Origin: Tubiluchus corallicola
Lineage: Eukaryota; Animalia; Priapulida
NCBI GenBank assembly: GCA_030141605.1
Contig: JAQGDQ010000034.1
Span: 248,001-312,000, forward strand
Direction of reading: 5' to 3'
Length of the DNA: 64,000 nucleotides
A program made the position numbers and the translations under genes. Of this stretch, positions 37,096 through 50,057 are shown piece after piece. Each line of letters opens with the position of its first letter. The stretch's first letter is position 1. Under the pieces are notes generated by a model. It was not told where the DNA came from. It worked only from the letters and a program-made list of their open reading frames with translations, and searched no databases.

Positions 37096-40000
37096 AATTT
37101 GAAACCACTAAAAGTAATTTTAAGCTGTTTTTATTTTTCATTTATGGCAATTTTATCAGTGATGTGTCGTGATAAAAATTATACTATATTTTATAAGATT
37201 GTGGTCAAGTTTAGATCTGTTGTAAAAATACACGCTTCATGCCATACGTGTAAGCAAAAATAAAAATCACCAAGCCAGTGAATCAGAAGGAAATATTGCT
37301 GAGAATTTTAATTAGTCTTGATAGAAACTTCTTATTTATACATTTTGTAATATTCTGCATACTGTGATATATATATATATATACACGTAATATATATATA
37401 TATATACGTAAATCTGTAGTGAGTTGTTTACGAAGCGAACATTATAGGATTTTGCGTGGTAAACGTCGTGTGTTTTCAGTAACATTTTGAAACGCCATGG
37501 GGTGCGCCTAAATGAAACAAGTTTATTCAGCTTTTTTCGTCTCGAGAAAGTGCACATGCACTGGCAATAGAAATATTAAGGCAACTTTCGCGTCGTAAAA
37601 TCCATTGTTTGTGTATTTTGTTATTAATGACGCCAATTTATAAAGTATTTCGCATGTACTACGGCAGTAACGTGTAGCTCCAAATAACTCAACAAAACTG
37701 AAAATGGTTATAATTTCAACCACTAGGTAGCACTGTAAGGTCACCTTCATCTTTTGCCAGAGCGCTGTATAACAGGAATTTTGCATATATTCTAGTCTAG
37801 AACGTACAAAATTCAACATTAACATTTGCTTTAATGTGTGACAAGCGAATGAAAACAGCACAGTGAAATCCAACACCTGGTACCAGGTATGTCTTCAGGC
37901 AAAAAATTACTTCAGTTGAGATCCAAAAAAGTTGCCGGTACAGAAAAACACTGTCGAGTAACGGCTTACTGACAAACAGGTTATACATCTAAAGAGATCG
38001 TAAGAGATAACGTTCATATAGAGTTCAATGACTGTTGATTATTAATTACTAATCTGACATTAACAAAACAACTAACAAACGTTTTCAAACTACGACAAAA
38101 CTGCCTTGTCAGAGATAATCGGAAGTCACTTAATTACTACATACAGCCTAAAAAGTAGTATTTTAACGGCATTCGTAAGGTGTCGTGTGGCTTAGCAGAT
38201 CCATAATTTTGGGAGAAACTGTGGTGTTTTTTTTATATGCCGCTTGCATTATTATGAAAACGTGTAGTGTTCTGTATCCTTGATAATCTTTGCATGTTTG
38301 CTGGAGCTGAATGTTTAAGAACTGTCGTGTTACGTGTTAATTAATGCATGGAAGAATTATCCCGGCGCAGTGCCGTAAATCATGTTTAGGGGTAATTCTT
38401 AGAAAAAATTCGTTTATCTTTATCCCATCATGTCGAAAAAGGAAAGGCTTAGGCATGCAAAAAGCGTGCACAATTATTGCCTTCATCCACAAAAGAAATG
38501 ATGAAAACATTAAAAGGGTAGGGCGCCAGAATTTCTTTGCCACTGTAGCTACCTAGCTGATTGTCTGCAGAATTTTGAGCAACAAGTTCTAAACCTTGCA
38601 GAATCTTTCTAACCTCTCACCACATCTTATTCAGAAACCAGGACATTTTGAGATCAGCAGTCAGTGGAGTAGTTTCACTAGTTTGAAAGTCAATCAATCT
38701 TCCACATGCAGCTCATACTCCGTTTTCAAATCTTTAGCAGCAAGACTAAAAAGACCGGGTGAGGAGGTACCGTGGACAACTACCGTTGACCCACTATCAT
38801 CATGACATGTAGTAGGATCAGATATTCCAGCTGCCGCAAGGTCTAAAATCGTAGAATTACTACTTTACTTATGCCTCATGCCTCCCGCCGACATCACTAA
38901 ATTCCAGGTTATCCTGGTTGACTGAAAATTTTATCTCAACGCCGCATTTAAATTTGTGCCTCGATCAAGTAGATGGTGCGTCTTACGCGCACACGCTCCA
39001 TCTAAATCTATGGCCTCGATTGTTCTGTACGATCATTGTTTCTACAGCACGTACAGTATAATGAGGTTGGCTGCATTACGAGAGGATGTGTCGCTACTTA
39101 CTGGGCCAGTTTTGCTGAATTAATATGTAATTTAAGGTTTACTAAGGTTTCCACATTGGTTATGCAACTTAATGGTAAATATAAATTTTCTTTTAAGTTT
39201 ATTATAGAACTGATTATTATTACTTGAGAATTACTCTGTGCTAGAAGTATCCAACCCATCTTGCACAACGTTGCATCAAAAACTATCCCTATTGTGTCAC
39301 TCGCTTAATGTCAAGCGTTCACAGATTGAATGAATTCTGAGTGTTCTGCATAGTATTTTGCATAAATGAGATAGTGAAATTTGATTTCGCTATTATTAAA
39401 AAGTCGGATGCTAGGAAGGATTCATTCTTGAATCGCAGAGTGAACGTAATCACCAAGTAAGTACATAGTACAGAGGTAAACCTGCCTAGTTGCGTTTGGA
39501 TGTAGGCTGTAGCACGTTGAAAGCCGCTGCAAAAGTTGAGCACGCCGTTATTGGATTATAACCACTTTTGCAGTTAGCGTATTGCCATCATTATTGGACA
39601 GTTTGTAAGAACTATGTGGAATGTTTGCCCATCATTGATCATCGCGCATTTGAAATTTCACTCAGTTTTAACTATGTGCAAAATGTTTTCGTATGGTTTA
39701 ACTAGGCTGCTGCTTTTAATTTTTGTTATTGTTGTCGTCGTCGTCGCTGTGGTTGTTACTGTTATAGTCGTTGCCATCCTCAGCATCGGCAATGGTGTGG
39801 GTAGCACTGACATGGGATAGTGTGGTGCGGAGGATGTGGTATGGTGTGGCTGTGTTGTGTTGCGGGTGGAGTTTTGTGGGTGGTGGGGTGTACTGGGTGT
39901 GATATGATGTAGGGCGTGGTGTGGGTTGTATTTTGTGGGTTTATGCGCAATTTTTTGCGGGGTTTTGCAAGTATAACATTATTATATGAAAATTCATGAA

Positions 40001-40566
40001 CATATAATATTGTAATCTATTTCCGATTTTCTCAACCACGGGCGTTCTTGGTTGATAGAATGGGAGGACGTTTTAGTAAAAAAGCTGTTCACATTCAATA
40101 AACATTTGAATTTGAAAGTTAAGTAGGATAGGAGATACATATAGACCTATAACGAAGTGATGTGACTGCATTATTATAGTGACAGTCATTGTGCGCAGTA
40201 AATTCATTAGATTCTACACAATAAGTGTAGATATATCATTCACCAGATCCTATATCAGGTGCGTTGCTATAGCAACTATCAGCATCATTTTCGGTGCGCG
40301 GTAAGTTTGGTATTGGTAATGGTAATGGTAATTTTTAATTGTATTTAAAATTAAAATTTAATTAAAACTAGAAATTAAAAAAACCATGATTCTTTTATTT
40401 AGAATTAAATAGGCCTACTGTGTTTACCGGAGGAGCTTGTTAACGCTTACAGAAAGGTTTCACTGTCACTTTTTAACTTACATAACAACTTTTGATATAA
40501 TTTATCTTGTGCATTATCGTGTGCCTTTCAAATTATTCGTCTCATTGTTAATGTCAATTTTTACAG

Positions 40567-40994
40567 GACTTCGAAGATTTAAATGTCTCCAATACAAATA
40601 ATGAGGCAGAAATGAATCAAAGACATGGACAAGACAATGACGACAGTAACGACGACAGACCTGAACAGCAACAAGTACAGCAACAACAAGATAATTAACA
40701 AACTGGAACAGAGAACACGTACATTAAATCAAATAGGTAGGCTGCAAACATTTCACGACTAGGATATTGAAAATTTAAGCAGACTATTAACAGTCGAACA
40801 GCAATTTTTACAACAATAACAGCAACTTCTATATCAACAACAACAGCGACAATATCAGCAACAACAACAACATTAACATCAGCAACATCAACAACATCAT
40901 CCACAACATTATCAACAGCAAATAAACATATAAACAGATGACGACAGAGGCGATACAGACCTTTCAAAGAGCAGCAACATGGAAGACGAAACCA
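40567..40994 (+). pseudogene. Decayed Gln/Asp/Asn-rich exon upstream of the tandem array
   Basis: ttacag| acceptor and |gtaagt donor; DFEDLNVSNTNNEAEMNQRHGQDNDDSNDDRPEQQQVQQQQ then poly-Q with in-frame TAA/TAG and at least one frameshift. Confidence 0.55.
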
Positions 40995-41269
40995 GTAAGT
41001 GTTTTTGTGACAATTGCACATTAAGCTTTAAAATATCCTAAATTTATAAAAACTAAATCAAGCCATTCCCGTCTAATACTGTAATAATACTAACTGCTAC
41101 ATTGTTTTAAAATTGAATGTTGTAAAAACATTCAAGAAAACCACATATTTCACAATATTGTTTGTACAAAAAGTAGAAAAAGAGAATTTTTAACAGTTCA
41201 ACAGTATCATTTCAAAAGGTGATTGTTATTGCTGTAGATGCAGAGAGTATGTGTTAATTTTTTAATGGA

Positions 41270-41357
41270 GAAGCCCGGGAAGATCTGACTACCTTTGAAA
41301 GAGACTGGGAAGAAGTTGGTGTAGATTCTGTTGAGGAAAATGTGAAGGCGAAGCAGG
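41270..41357 (+). pseudogene. Alpha-tubulin C-terminal fragment
   Basis: [24 protein letters not shown] versus alpha-tubulin [24 protein letters not shown]; no further tubulin sequence nearby. Confidence 0.75.
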
Positions 41358-41500
41358 GTACATAGTTGCACATTAACTTGACTGAGGTGGCCACTGGATT
41401 TACACTAAAAAAATTATACATGCCCAGATTGTCCGTCAGATTGTCAGGCTGACAGAGACGAGATATATATGCGCTAAGATCACTTTGGTTTCACTTACAG

Positions 41501-44100
41501 CTCGACCATGGAAGCCACAATCAGCAGGGTTTTCATATAACTGGCAACCAGTTGCCACCAGTCAATAGACAAATAAATGCTAGACAAGCGTAAGTGTTAT
41601 TCCCGTTGCTGCTGTTGTCGTTCTTGTTATGATACTTCTCATGCTGCTCTAGTGTTTTGTGTTTTCTATTGTTGCAAACTTAATACAACGCAGTTTTTTG
41701 TTACTGACGCCTGACAAGAAGTGGAAAATGAGGAGTTACGAGTCCTCAATCCGAATTTGGATGAGTTGAACTCTAACCAGTTATTCATTTATTTTATTGG
41801 GAAGCAAGTTTTGTTTCGATTAATATTTAAGCTGTACTATAGACCCAATGTTTTGGAAAAGTGCAAAAATACAGTAATAAAATAAATTTTGTTTTTCTGT
41901 TAACTAAATTTTGCAGAGGCAATAATAGAAAAATGAATGTTACCCGAAACAAATTGTAGCAAAAAATTCTTACTTGGACTGAGTAGTAATTTACACCTTT
42001 TTAAGTAACTAACATCAAAAATTAAACAAAATCTACCTAAGTCAAATGTCTCTAATAAGTCAAATTCACAATGGCTGCCAAATACATTCTTCTTGAAGTG
42101 GGCGAAGTTTTAGTTAACAGGGAAGCACTTTTTTGATGAATGATTTCGCAAATAAGAAAGGCGAGGGACAACAGTGGATTCAACAATGATTTAAGTTGCT
42201 TTTGTGATGACTAGAGAGGTATTTGAAAGTACTTGTTTAGCAAAGGGCATGATAAGCTTGCACATTATGAACAATTGTTAGTCACATTCGACATAAAATA
42301 TTACTGCATTAGTAGCCATTTTGAAATTGAGTTATTGAAGACGTTTACGGTTTTTGACACGAGCCACGTAGGAAGATGTAAATCGCAAACTAATTGAGCC
42401 ATGTCTTTCTTGCACTTTGTTCAGGTTTAACCTTATTTTCCGCTGCCTACAAGTACAAGGTTTTGTGATATAATTTTATTTTATTTATATAAAAAGTTCG
42501 AAATAGATCTGGAAACAGTGGCGGCTCGTGTATAGGTACTGTGGTACTGAAGCGCTCCCTGTTTTACTAATTATTATCGACAATATTCAATACATATCTT
42601 CTCTCTTTAGTTCTTTTTTTATGATTGTGCGGTACCAGAGCACGTGAGAGAAGTACAATTTGCTTCACAGCCCAAGCAACGTGGTGTTTAGCTGTTGTTC
42701 GCATGCGGCCATGCACACATGTCTAAGATTCTCTGCTCCTAGGTAGAAAAGTACTATCTCTGAACACAGTAACAATTGCCACTATTGATGATAGTTTAAA
42801 AGTTGGTACAAATTCATATTAAAATCAAAACTACATTCGTTACGAACATAGTTAGTCCCCGTGCAATCAAAAATAAAATGTTTTCATCTTCCAAAACACT
42901 GAAGAGATGATATAAACGCATCCCTTGGTATGCCTTTTCCCCCCTTAATTCATTTCCTATCAAACTTTACTTCCCTCGCCTAAACTATTTCTATCACAAG
43001 TCCGTACTTGTTTTAGTTACCAGGTTTAGTAATTTTGCGAGCATCATTATTACCAGTAAGGATATCTTAAAATTCCTGTTTGGTATTTATATTTTGTATT
43101 TTTATTTATCTTGTTTTCAATTTTTGCCAGGCATCCAGATCTATAAAGTTTCGCTATGTTAAATTTACTCTTGGTATAGAAAGTGTGAATTGAAGTCGAG
43201 TCAAACTTCGTTATGGTGTTTACTGTTTAGAAAAAAGATGCTTTTGTTTTGTGGTTTTTGCCAGCCTATTGGAAAAGAAAAATACTTGTGTGTTAGAGGC
43301 CTAGTAACCTTTATTATAAGCTACAGTGACAATAAGCTGAGCAACTGTTTAAATTTTTTACCAGAACCAACAGCCATAACATTTTTGCCTCTTCAATTAT
43401 GCAGTTTTGATTTACGGATTGGTTGGTTGGCTGGGGGCTGTCTGTCTGGCTGACTGACTGCCTGACTGAATGAACAAACAAATGAATGACTATCTGTCTG
43501 ACAAATTGGCTGTTTTCCTGTGTGATTTGACACAAGCTCAGGAGTGTAAATGTTGCTGCTTTCCTAATTTTCCAAGCACCCCTCACCAATTTCCAGTGTT
43601 GAAAATCGAAAGAAGTTTGAAATTTTCATAGAAAACAGACTTGTGCAAGTGCGACTATGTACTTTAATGATTTTGTTGCTATACAAGCTAAGCTATTTAA
43701 TATTATTACGTCAGTGATAATTAGTAAGTGTTTTATTTGTATTGACAGTCCCATAGTACCACCATTGCCTAGGCAACGCGATCCTGTTCGTCCCCTTCAG
43801 AGTGCGAGAAGGAGCAGTTTGACCCCTCCGTGGGAACACACATTACGGAAGGGCACCCTGCCGCCGTTACAACTGCGCGGCAGGCAGCCCTGGTATGTAT
43901 GCAAAATTACTTCTTTTCTCAGTATATTATTCTTTTTGTGTTAATTTTTATAAAAAATTGTCGCTTAGTTTTAAAAAACAGTAAACGAGTTGATTATTGC
44001 TTCGGACAGGACCACAGAGACCGAAGATTTTGCCATGACCCTCTCGCAAATTCTAAATACGCCTATGACACCCACCGCTGAACGGGCTATCTATCCATAG
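41501..44100 (+). CDS. Putative 3' exons of an unknown Pro/Arg-rich protein, array unit 1 (variable exon + two constant exons)
   Basis: Exons 41501-41589 (LDHGSHNQQGFHITGNQLPPVNRQINARQ), 43749-43892 (PIVPPLPRQRDPVRPLQSARRSSLTPPWEHTLRKGTLPPLQLRGRQP), 44010-44100 (TTETEDFAMTLSQILNTPMTPTAERAIYP*); GT-AG with compatible phases (0/2, 2/2, 2/stop). Last acceptor is weak; may be a pseudogene. Confidence 0.5.
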
Positions 44101-44793
44101 CCAACACCACCCATGGCCCGTTCCCGTTCTCCAGTGTCATCAAACCTGGTTTTGCTTGGCAAAACACTAAGTGTGAATGTTAGATGATTTATACCAACTT
44201 TTGGGAAACGCGATGGTCTGTAATGACCCTCTTTTCCTCAGGGAGGGAGAGAGAATCCAGGAATCCGCAGAATTAGTCTGACCTTTACCTGAGTTTTACC
44301 TTCTCCCCAAAGGACAGATAGAGGTGGGATGTAGGATAATGAAAAATAGCGATAAAATTCGAGTCTCGTTCAATGCCAGTAATCAGGGTGAACTGACAGC
44401 TATTAACAACACCCACCCTTAAAGTAATGTACTAATAGTGTAGTGCTTTTGAGGTTACCATTTTGTATCGTTGCCCAAGCCTTCAAGCCAGAAAAGAAAT
44501 GACACACAGATTCCCAGCTCAACGTTTGTTGGCAGGAGAATAATAATCTCTCTTATATAGTTTGTAACTTGTAATATAATCTTCACGTAGTTTGTAATAA
44601 CTGCGGGCTTGTGTTATAACGGGTCAGAGTGGTCAGAGAATAACATCTGTAAAGTCCAGTGGAGGGTACACAATTACATATTAATTTGTTTTATATTGCC
44701 AGTGGATTATCTGTAAGAAATTATACATACCCAGATTGTCGGACTGACATGGACGAGGTATATGCGCTAAGATTGCTTTGATTTTACTTACAG

Positions 44794-47566
44794 CACGACC
44801 ATGGGCCCCGAAATGCTGTGCAATTTCAAGTTTCTGGCAATGCATTACCACCAATCAGAAGACCAGTACCCAGGGCAACGTAAGTGTTATTGCCATTACT
44901 GCTGTTGTTGTTCGTGTTGTTATGATACTTCTCATGCTGCTCTAGTGCGTTTTGTTTTTGTTGCAAATTTAACGCAACACAATTTTTTATTACTGATGCC
45001 GGACAAGAAGTGGAAAATGAAGAATTACGGGTAGTCAATCCGATTTTGGATGACGGGTTCTAATCGAAGTTATGTTACTATTGATATTCAAGCTGTATTA
45101 TAGACCCCATATATAATAAATAATAATAAATTTTGTTTTTCTGTTACTAAATTTGACAGGGAGAATGATAGAAAAAGGAGGGCGACCCGAAATAAATTGT
45201 AACAAAAATTTTTTTAGTTCGATTGAGTTGTAACTTACGTGCTCTTAAGTAACTAATATCAAAAATTATACAAAATCAACCTAAGCCATTTGTCCCAAAT
45301 ACATGAAATTCACGATAGCTGCTAAATACGGAAGAGACTCTGGGGAAGAAGGCAGAAACTGCTGTGGTCCAAATAGTCGAGGGCAGCTTTTAGATCCACA
45401 TGGGCTTCCACGAACTGGGTCGAAAGTACACAAAGTAGTGGAGTATTAAACGTTAAAGCCAGGTTGTTAGGGACAGCACCTGGAGAAGAAGAGAGATTTT
45501 CTAATGACGTGAGTAAAAGTTTTGGGCAGCATAGACAGGAGGTTGATGGTGCAACAAGTGCAATTGTGTGTGCAGTTACCTTTGCTTTGTGAAAGAAGGT
45601 GCTGTGGTTGTCTTTCAAGTCAGAAGTCACAGTGTCAAAATATTGACAACAGGTTCGAGACAGTTCCAGAAGACGTCTTGAACATGTTTACAGTAATTGG
45701 CAACTTGAAAATTACATCTTCCAGTGCGTGCAGATATGTATCAGGATTTCCGAAAAACATGATTGAAACACTGAAAAAATGAATTATTGCACGTATTACT
45801 AACTAATTTACGCTACTTTTTGAAACAAAGCATGCACTAGATGTTAAGGAACATCTATTATGTATCAAAATCTTTACCTTCGCTATTCCGTGTTCGGAAT
45901 GAGTTGAAAACTGATGATAGTGTTTTGAATCGTGTTCTGCCACTGGAATCGAAATGGCCGATTTCCTACTTGGTCGGTGATGGAATATCCCCTGTATTAT
46001 GACGTCATCAAGTAGTTCCCACCGATGGCTTTGCTAAAAATAGCATTGTGACAATTTACCCCTGTGACTTTTAGCCCCACCCTCTCCTATTTATATTTTG
46101 TATTTTTATTTATCTTGTTTTTAGTTTAAGCCAGGCATCCAGATCTATAAAGTTTTGCTATGTTAAATTTACTCTTGGTATAGAAAGTGTGAATTGAAGT
46201 CGAGTCAAACTTCGTTATAGTGTTTACTGTTTAGAAAAAGATGCTTTTGTTTTGTGGTTTTTGCCAGCCTATTGGAAAAGAAAAATACAGTGGACTCTCT
46301 TTATAAGAATCACCTCGGGAGAAGGCAAAGTGATTCTTATAACGAGCGATTCATATAACGAGCATGACCCAGAATTGCTTTAAAAAATTTTTATGCACAT
46401 AAAAATTATTTATTTCCCGAAATTACGCTAGAAACGACTTGAAACAGCATAATGTTTTTCTGGCCTAAAAAGGACCTAAAAATTCCTAGACTAATGTTTT
46501 TATTTCATTGTTGGGTAAATATTTCATGATGCCAGAATTGCTTTAAAATTTTTCGCCACGCCCACTGCGCAGAACCATGTAAGCAGGGCGTGAGAGACAA
46601 TGGAGTTGGCGCCAAAATTGATTCTACTATCGAAAGAAGGGTGATTCTTATACGAGCGGATTTTCACTAGGAAAATGCCGAATCAATTCGGGAAACGCGA
46701 TTTTGATTCTTATATCGAGCTGATTCTTATACGTGTGATTCTTCTAACGAGAGTCCACTGTACCTGTGTGTTAGAGGCCTAGTAATCTTTGTCATAAGAT
46801 ACAGTGACAAGAAGCTGAGCAACTGTTTAAGTTTTTTTTACCAGAGCCAACAGCCATAACAATTATGCAGTTTCGATTCACGGATTGGTTGGTTCGCTGG
46901 GGGCTGTCTGTCTGGCTGCCTGACTGCCTGACTGATTGAACAAACGAATGAATGACTATCTGACTGACAAATTGGTTGTTTTCCTGTGTGATTTGACACA
47001 AGCTCAGGAGTGTAAATGTTGCTGCTTTCCTAATTTCCCAAGCACCCCTCACCAATTTCCAGTGTTGAAAATCGAAAGAAGTTTGAAATTTTCAGAGAAA
47101 ACAGACTTGTGCAAGTGCGACTATGTACTTTAATGATTTTGTTGCTATACAAGCGAAGCTATTTAATATTATTACGTCAGTGATAATTAGTAAGTGTTTT
47201 ATTTGTATTGACAGTCCCATAGTACCACCATTGCCTAGGCAACGCGATCCTGTTCGTCCCCTTCAGAGTGCGAGAAGGAGCAGTTTGACCCCTCCGTGGG
47301 AACACACATTACGGAAGGGCACCCTGCCGCCGTTACAACTGCGCGGCAGGCAGCCCTGGTATGTATACAAAATTACTTCTTTTCTCAGTATATTATTCTT
47401 TTTGTATTAATTTTTATAAAAAATTGTCGCTTAGTTTTAAAAAACAGTAAACGAGTTGATTATTGCTTCGGACAGGACCACAGAGACCGAAGATTTTGCC
47501 ATGACCCTCTCGCAAATTCTAAATACGCCTATGACACCCACCGCTGAACGGGCTATCTATCCATAG
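44794..47566 (+). CDS. Putative 3' exons of the same unknown protein, array unit 2
   Basis: Exons 44794-44879 (HDHGPRNAVQFQVSGNALPPIRRPVPRA), 47215-47358 and 47476-47566 (same as unit 1); in frame. Confidence 0.5.
45330..45700 (-). mobile_element. LINE reverse-transcriptase fragment (copy in unit 2)
   Basis: Closely matches 49470-49810; absent from the equivalent site in unit 1 (~42085). Confidence 0.6.
46288..46760. mobile_element. Tc1/mariner-superfamily (pogo/Tigger-like) MITE, 473 bp
   Basis: 26-bp TIRs cagtggactctctttataagaatcac / gtgattcttctaacgagagtccactg (2 mismatches), TA on both flanks, empty site with single TA in unit 1 (~43283); subterminal gattcttata repeats. Confidence 0.93.
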
Positions 47567-47929
47567 CCAACACCACCCATGGCCCGTTCCCGTTCTCCAG
47601 ATCTCAGACATATAACTTTTGCAAAAAACGGCCGAAAATGGCCATTTTTGGAGGTTTTTTGCCCACCCCCGTTCCTCCCGGTGGCCCCGATTAAAAAAAT
47701 AAACTGTCAATGGCACGACACTAGATCAAGACCTTTCGTTTGATGTATAGATCGCCGAAAATGGTGCGGTCGTCGAAGTTGTAGCCTCGAATCTGATATA
47801 TATATAAATATATGTGATATAATATTGTAGCCTATTTCCGATTTTCTCAAGCACAGGTGTACTAGGTTGATAGCATAGAGGACGTTTTAGTAAAAAACTG
47901 TTTATAAGTTCTTCTACTCCTAAAGATAG

Positions 47930-48220
47930 ATTTGGTTGAAGTTGTTGAACATCTGTATTTGTCTAAGCTATCCAAGTTGTTTTGCGTTTACCAGGTGGTT
48001 TTTTGCAAGGTTTTAAGGCGATTCTTACTGGTGCTTCACATTTGGTAATTTTAATAGTTGTTCTAGCTATCTTAATCTTAGGATCTTGACTTTTGAACGC
48101 CAATAATTTTTTTTTTGTTTTGGTGTATAAATCTTCATTTTTGATTATGTATGGCCATATTATCTTTAAAACTTTCCCAAGAAGACTTCTATGAAATGCG
48201 TCTGTGGACACAGGATTCAA
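47930..48220 (-). mobile_element. RTE-like LINE 3' remnant within a 636-bp segment (47601-48236) specific to unit 2
   Basis: DAFHRSLLGKVLKIIWPYIIKNEDLY...PVRIALKPCKKPPGKRKTTW resembles RTE ORF2 C-termini. Confidence 0.7.
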
Positions 48221-48928
48221 ACGATTGCATCTGCAGTGTCATCAAACCTGGTTTTGCTTGGCAAAACACTAAGTGTAAATGTTAGATCATTTATACCGAC
48301 TTTCGGGAAACTCGATGGTTTGCAATGACCCTCTTTCCCCCAGGGAGGGAGAGAGAATCCAGGAATCCGCAGAATTAGTCTGACAACACAACGTAGAAAA
48401 TCAGAAGAGTTTTATCTTGTCCCCCAAGGATAGATAGATGTAGGATAATGAAAAATAGCGATAAAATTCGAGTCTCGTTCAATGCGAGTAATCAGGGTAA
48501 AATGAAACCTATTAACAACACCCACCCATAAAGTAATGTACTAAAAATGTAGCGCTTTTGAGGTTACCATTTTGTGTCGTCGCTCGAGCCTTCAAGCCAG
48601 AAAATTGATGCCCCAATTAAAGGCAGAAAAGAAATGACACACAGATTCCCAGTTCAATGTTTGTTGGCACGAAAATAATAATCTCTCTTATATAGTTTGT
48701 AATTTGTAATATAATCTTCATATAATTTGTAATAACTGTGGGCTTGTGTTATAATGGGTGAGGGTGGTCAGAAATTAACATCTGTAAAGTCCAGTGGAGG
48801 GTACACAATTACGTATTGATTTGTTTTATATTGCCAGTGGATTATCTGTAAGAAATTATACATACCCAGATTGTCGGACTGACATGGACGAGGTATATGC
48901 GCTAAGATTACTTTGATTTTACTTACAG

Positions 48929-49004
48929 CATCAGCATGGACCCAGAAATGGAGAGCAATTTGCATTATCAGGAAGTCGATTACCAGATACAAAGCCAGGG
49001 CAGC
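48929..49004 (+). pseudogene. Third variable exon of the array (76 nt, out of phase with the others; no constant exons follow)
   Basis: ttacag|CATCAGCATGGACCCAGAAAT...GGGCAGC|gtaagt; HQHGPRNGEQFALSGSRLPDTKPGQ. Confidence 0.5.
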
Positions 49005-49469
49005 GTAAGTGTTATTGCCGTTACCGTTGTTGTCGTTCGTGTTGTTATGATACTTCTCATGCTGCTCTAGTGCGTTTTGTTTTTGTTGCAAATTTAACAC
49101 AACACAACTTTTTATTACTGATGCCGGACAAGAAGTGGAAAATGAAGAATTACGGGTAGTCAATCCGATTTTGGATGACGGGTTCTAATCGAAGTTATGT
49201 TACTATTGATATTCAAGCTGTATTATAGACCCCATGTTTTTGAGAAATGCAAAAAATACAATAATAATAAATTTTGTTTTTCTGTTACTAAATTTGACAG
49301 GGAAAATGATAGAAAAAGGAGGGCGACCCGAAATAAATTGTTACAAAAAATTTCTAGTTCGATTGAGTTGTAACTTACGTGCTCTTAAGTAACGAATATC
49401 AAAAATTAGACAAAATCAACCTAAGCCATTTGTCCCAAATACATTAAATTCACAATAGCTGCTAAATAC

Positions 49470-50057
49470 GGAAGAGACTCTGAGGAAGAAGGCAGAAACT
49501 GCCGTGGTCTTTGACATGGGTTACCACTAACCGGGTCAGGATCCCGAGGTCCAGAGTACACAAAGTAGTTGAGTATTAAACGTTAAAGCCAGCTTGTTAG
49601 GGACAGCACCTGGAGGAGAAGAGAGATTTTCTAATGACGTGAGTAAACGTTTCGGGCAGCATAGACAGGAGGTTGATGGTGCAACAAGTGCAATAGTGAG
49701 TGCAGTTACCTTTGCTTTGTGGAAGAAAATGCGGAGGTCATCCTTCAAGCCAGAAGCCACAGAATCGGAAAATCAATTTGTGATGGCAGCAGGTTCGAGA
49801 CAGTTCCAAACGCCGCCTTAAACATCTCCACAGTAATGCCAAGGATGCCGGAGAGTTTGCGAGTAGTCCACAGTAGCTGCCTCATTTGGAGAAAGGAGAC
49901 GCCAGGCCTGAGGTAGTGAACTACGTAATGCTTTCAGAGAGAGGAAGAGGAGGCCGCGAACAAAAGAAGATGCCACGCACTGCTACAAGAAAAAATGGAA
50001 ATATCAATACAGATTTATTAAAAATAATTTCCTAATAATAGATGGTATTTATTAACA
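49470..50057 (-). mobile_element. LINE reverse-transcriptase N-terminal fragment (copy in unit 3)
   Basis: Frameshifted SGILGITVEMFKAAF...SKGNCTHYCTCCTINLLSML...QAGF resembles GPDGITVEMLK...KKG..C.NYR.ISLLS...QAGF of LINE RT; unit 1 has the empty site (gccaaatac|attcttcttg). Confidence 0.65.

Noticed and set aside
40690-40935. TAA/TAG read as Gln (ciliate-type genetic code)
   Set aside because: Neighbouring genes terminate at TAG (27130, 30153), long ORFs have no internal TAA/TAG, and the exon also needs a frameshift; C>T decay is simpler.
44801-45034. ATG-initiated ORF starting inside the variable exon
   Set aside because: That frame hits a stop after 10 codons in unit 1 and runs into intron; the HG-frame is open in all copies and shows synonymous changes.
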